Assembly: GCA_017499595.2 (NCBI GenBank)
Contig: CM039002.1
Coordinates: 1,116,001 to 1,180,000 of the forward strand
Length of the DNA stretch: 64,000 nt
Direction of reading: 5' to 3'
Origin: Psilocybe cubensis
Taxonomy: Eukaryota
In this document: positions 62,562 to 64,000 of the stretch, piece by piece
How the letters are laid out: each line of letters starts with the position of its first letter
How positions within the stretch are numbered: the first letter of the stretch is position 1
The notes under the pieces: generated by a model
Told to the model about the DNA's origin: nothing
The model's database searches: none
The model's input: the letters and a program-made list of their open reading frames with translations, nothing else
Made by a program: the position numbers and the translations under genes

Positions 62562-63077
62562 GGACACATTTAATGGCTCTGCCTAGTATATCTGAATTTA
62601 CAGTAATCATCGTCTTTGCTACCTGCCGTCCAGATTGGATCTTTCGAAATACTTAGCTTAGTGTCCGGCAGGTTATGCAAGACCCAGGGGCGTTAGTAGA
62701 ACATATGTCGCGGTGGTACCGGACGTACTCAAACCTGATATGAAAAAATGTATTATATCTCACAGTTTTTGAAAGAAATTTGCATGCTATCTTCAGCGCG
62801 ACTAAAGGAATAACCGACCACTATAGTGATTGTCTTGAGGAGTGCCAAGTGGAATTTTCCACTTGGTGCACACAAACTACTGTAACACCTGGGTAAATAT
62901 GCACAAACACAAATTGGCTCCAAACGGCAATATGCAATGTTCGAAAACGTTTGTTTCTGGTACCCTCCACTTGCTTTCGCAAGGTCTTGAAGTTCTCAAG
63001 CAGAATCTAACCACCTCCAAACACTTTACACTTTGTAGTTGATTTGCACTAGGCTTCCCAGCGCTTCAAAAAAGCAT

Positions 63078-63900
63078 ATGCCCCTCGAAATCCTTGAACT
63101 GATCATCGACAATGTGTACGCCCTGTACCCCCGGGACAGTGCTTAAATTTGCAACAGTCGCTTTACACATCTCAGAGCGTGTGCTCTTACCCACCGACGC
63201 TTTATCCATCGTTTTCTCCATCAATGCAGGGTGCACTTGTTCCGTGATATTGACTTTGAAAAAGCAGGCGAATGCATCAAGTTATCGATCCGAAGCTCCT
63301 GCGGAAATCGCCACACCTGTCCCAACACGTTCGATACATCTACTTTGAAATCCACGACTTCATGCTCTACGAAACTGAAGAAGCTGTTTCCTTAGCCTTG
63401 GCCTTGAAAACCGTGACGAGGCTCGAGTATTTGAAACTTGCCATGGAGGTGGATATAAAAGTGACTTTCTGTCCTTCAATGTGTGTATCTTTGTGTCGCC
63501 TTGTGCGCCTACCGACGCTGAACACTCTTGATCTGCTTGGATGCATCCTGCCGGACGGTCTCGTTGGGTGTACTATCAAGAAGCTATATATGGTGGATGT
63601 TCATGATGCTTCCTCAAGTTGCGCAGACCTTTTCAGTGGTCTTGAAGACTGCCGATTGACCGATTGTATGCAAGTAGAGCATCTGTTATTGGATTATAAC
63701 GATGTTAGATTCGCCGTTGACATGTTCAGAACAATTATATCCTGTGGTGGTGTTCCAACATTTGATTGGAAGATGATTAAAAAGATCACCATATCGGATG
63801 GGACGGGAGGCAATACCATAAAGCATGCCATGGCTGTGCACATTCTATGTCCTTTTGGTACGTTGACCATTCAAAAACTGCACACTTTTCCAAACCCGCA
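63078..63900 (+). pseudogene. F-box-like pseudogene
   Basis: MPLEILELIIDNV..DSA*(TAA)..LRACALTHRRF..CRVHLFRDI, with further frame breaks downstream. Confidence 0.7.
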
Positions 63901-64000
63901 CTCTGATAAGCGCCGGTGCAACGTCCAAAGTTTTCACACCAGTGACGCGACGCACTTAACGAGGAAAAAACCTGCCGGATACAAGAAGTCAAGAACAGAC

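Noticed and set aside
1-64000. tRNA, rRNA, snRNA or CRISPR features
   Set aside because: None recognised by eye; tRNAscan-SE and Rfam were not run.

Overview
Eukaryotic, intron-rich fungal DNA, most likely an agaricomycete basidiomycete (about 50-60 nt GT-AG introns, microexons, typical F-box expansions). Conserved genes: VTC4 (5' part), GTR2/RagC, ATG22, an arrestin-like adaptor, a mitochondrial RNB exoribonuclease, MIC60, a NUP49/NUP58-like FG nucleoporin, neutral trehalase, cerato-platanin, an ATG15-like lipase and CTF8. Accessory content: (i) four near-identical, mosaic F-box genes in two oppositely oriented pairs (7.5-11.5 kb +, 26.4-30.4 kb -). Their breakpoints fall at almost the same position of the repeat unit, which suggests one tandem array split by a ~19 kb inversion that also separated ATG22 from MIC60. 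(ii) An intact multi-exon PD-(D/E)XK nuclease-like gene between F-box remnants. (iii) A full-length, apparently young Tad1-like LINE with a target-site duplication, inserted antisense in a 47-nt ATG22 intron. (iv) Several more F-box genes and pseudogenes. Gene models were spliced by eye and family calls come from motif recognition, not database searches, so boundaries are approximate.
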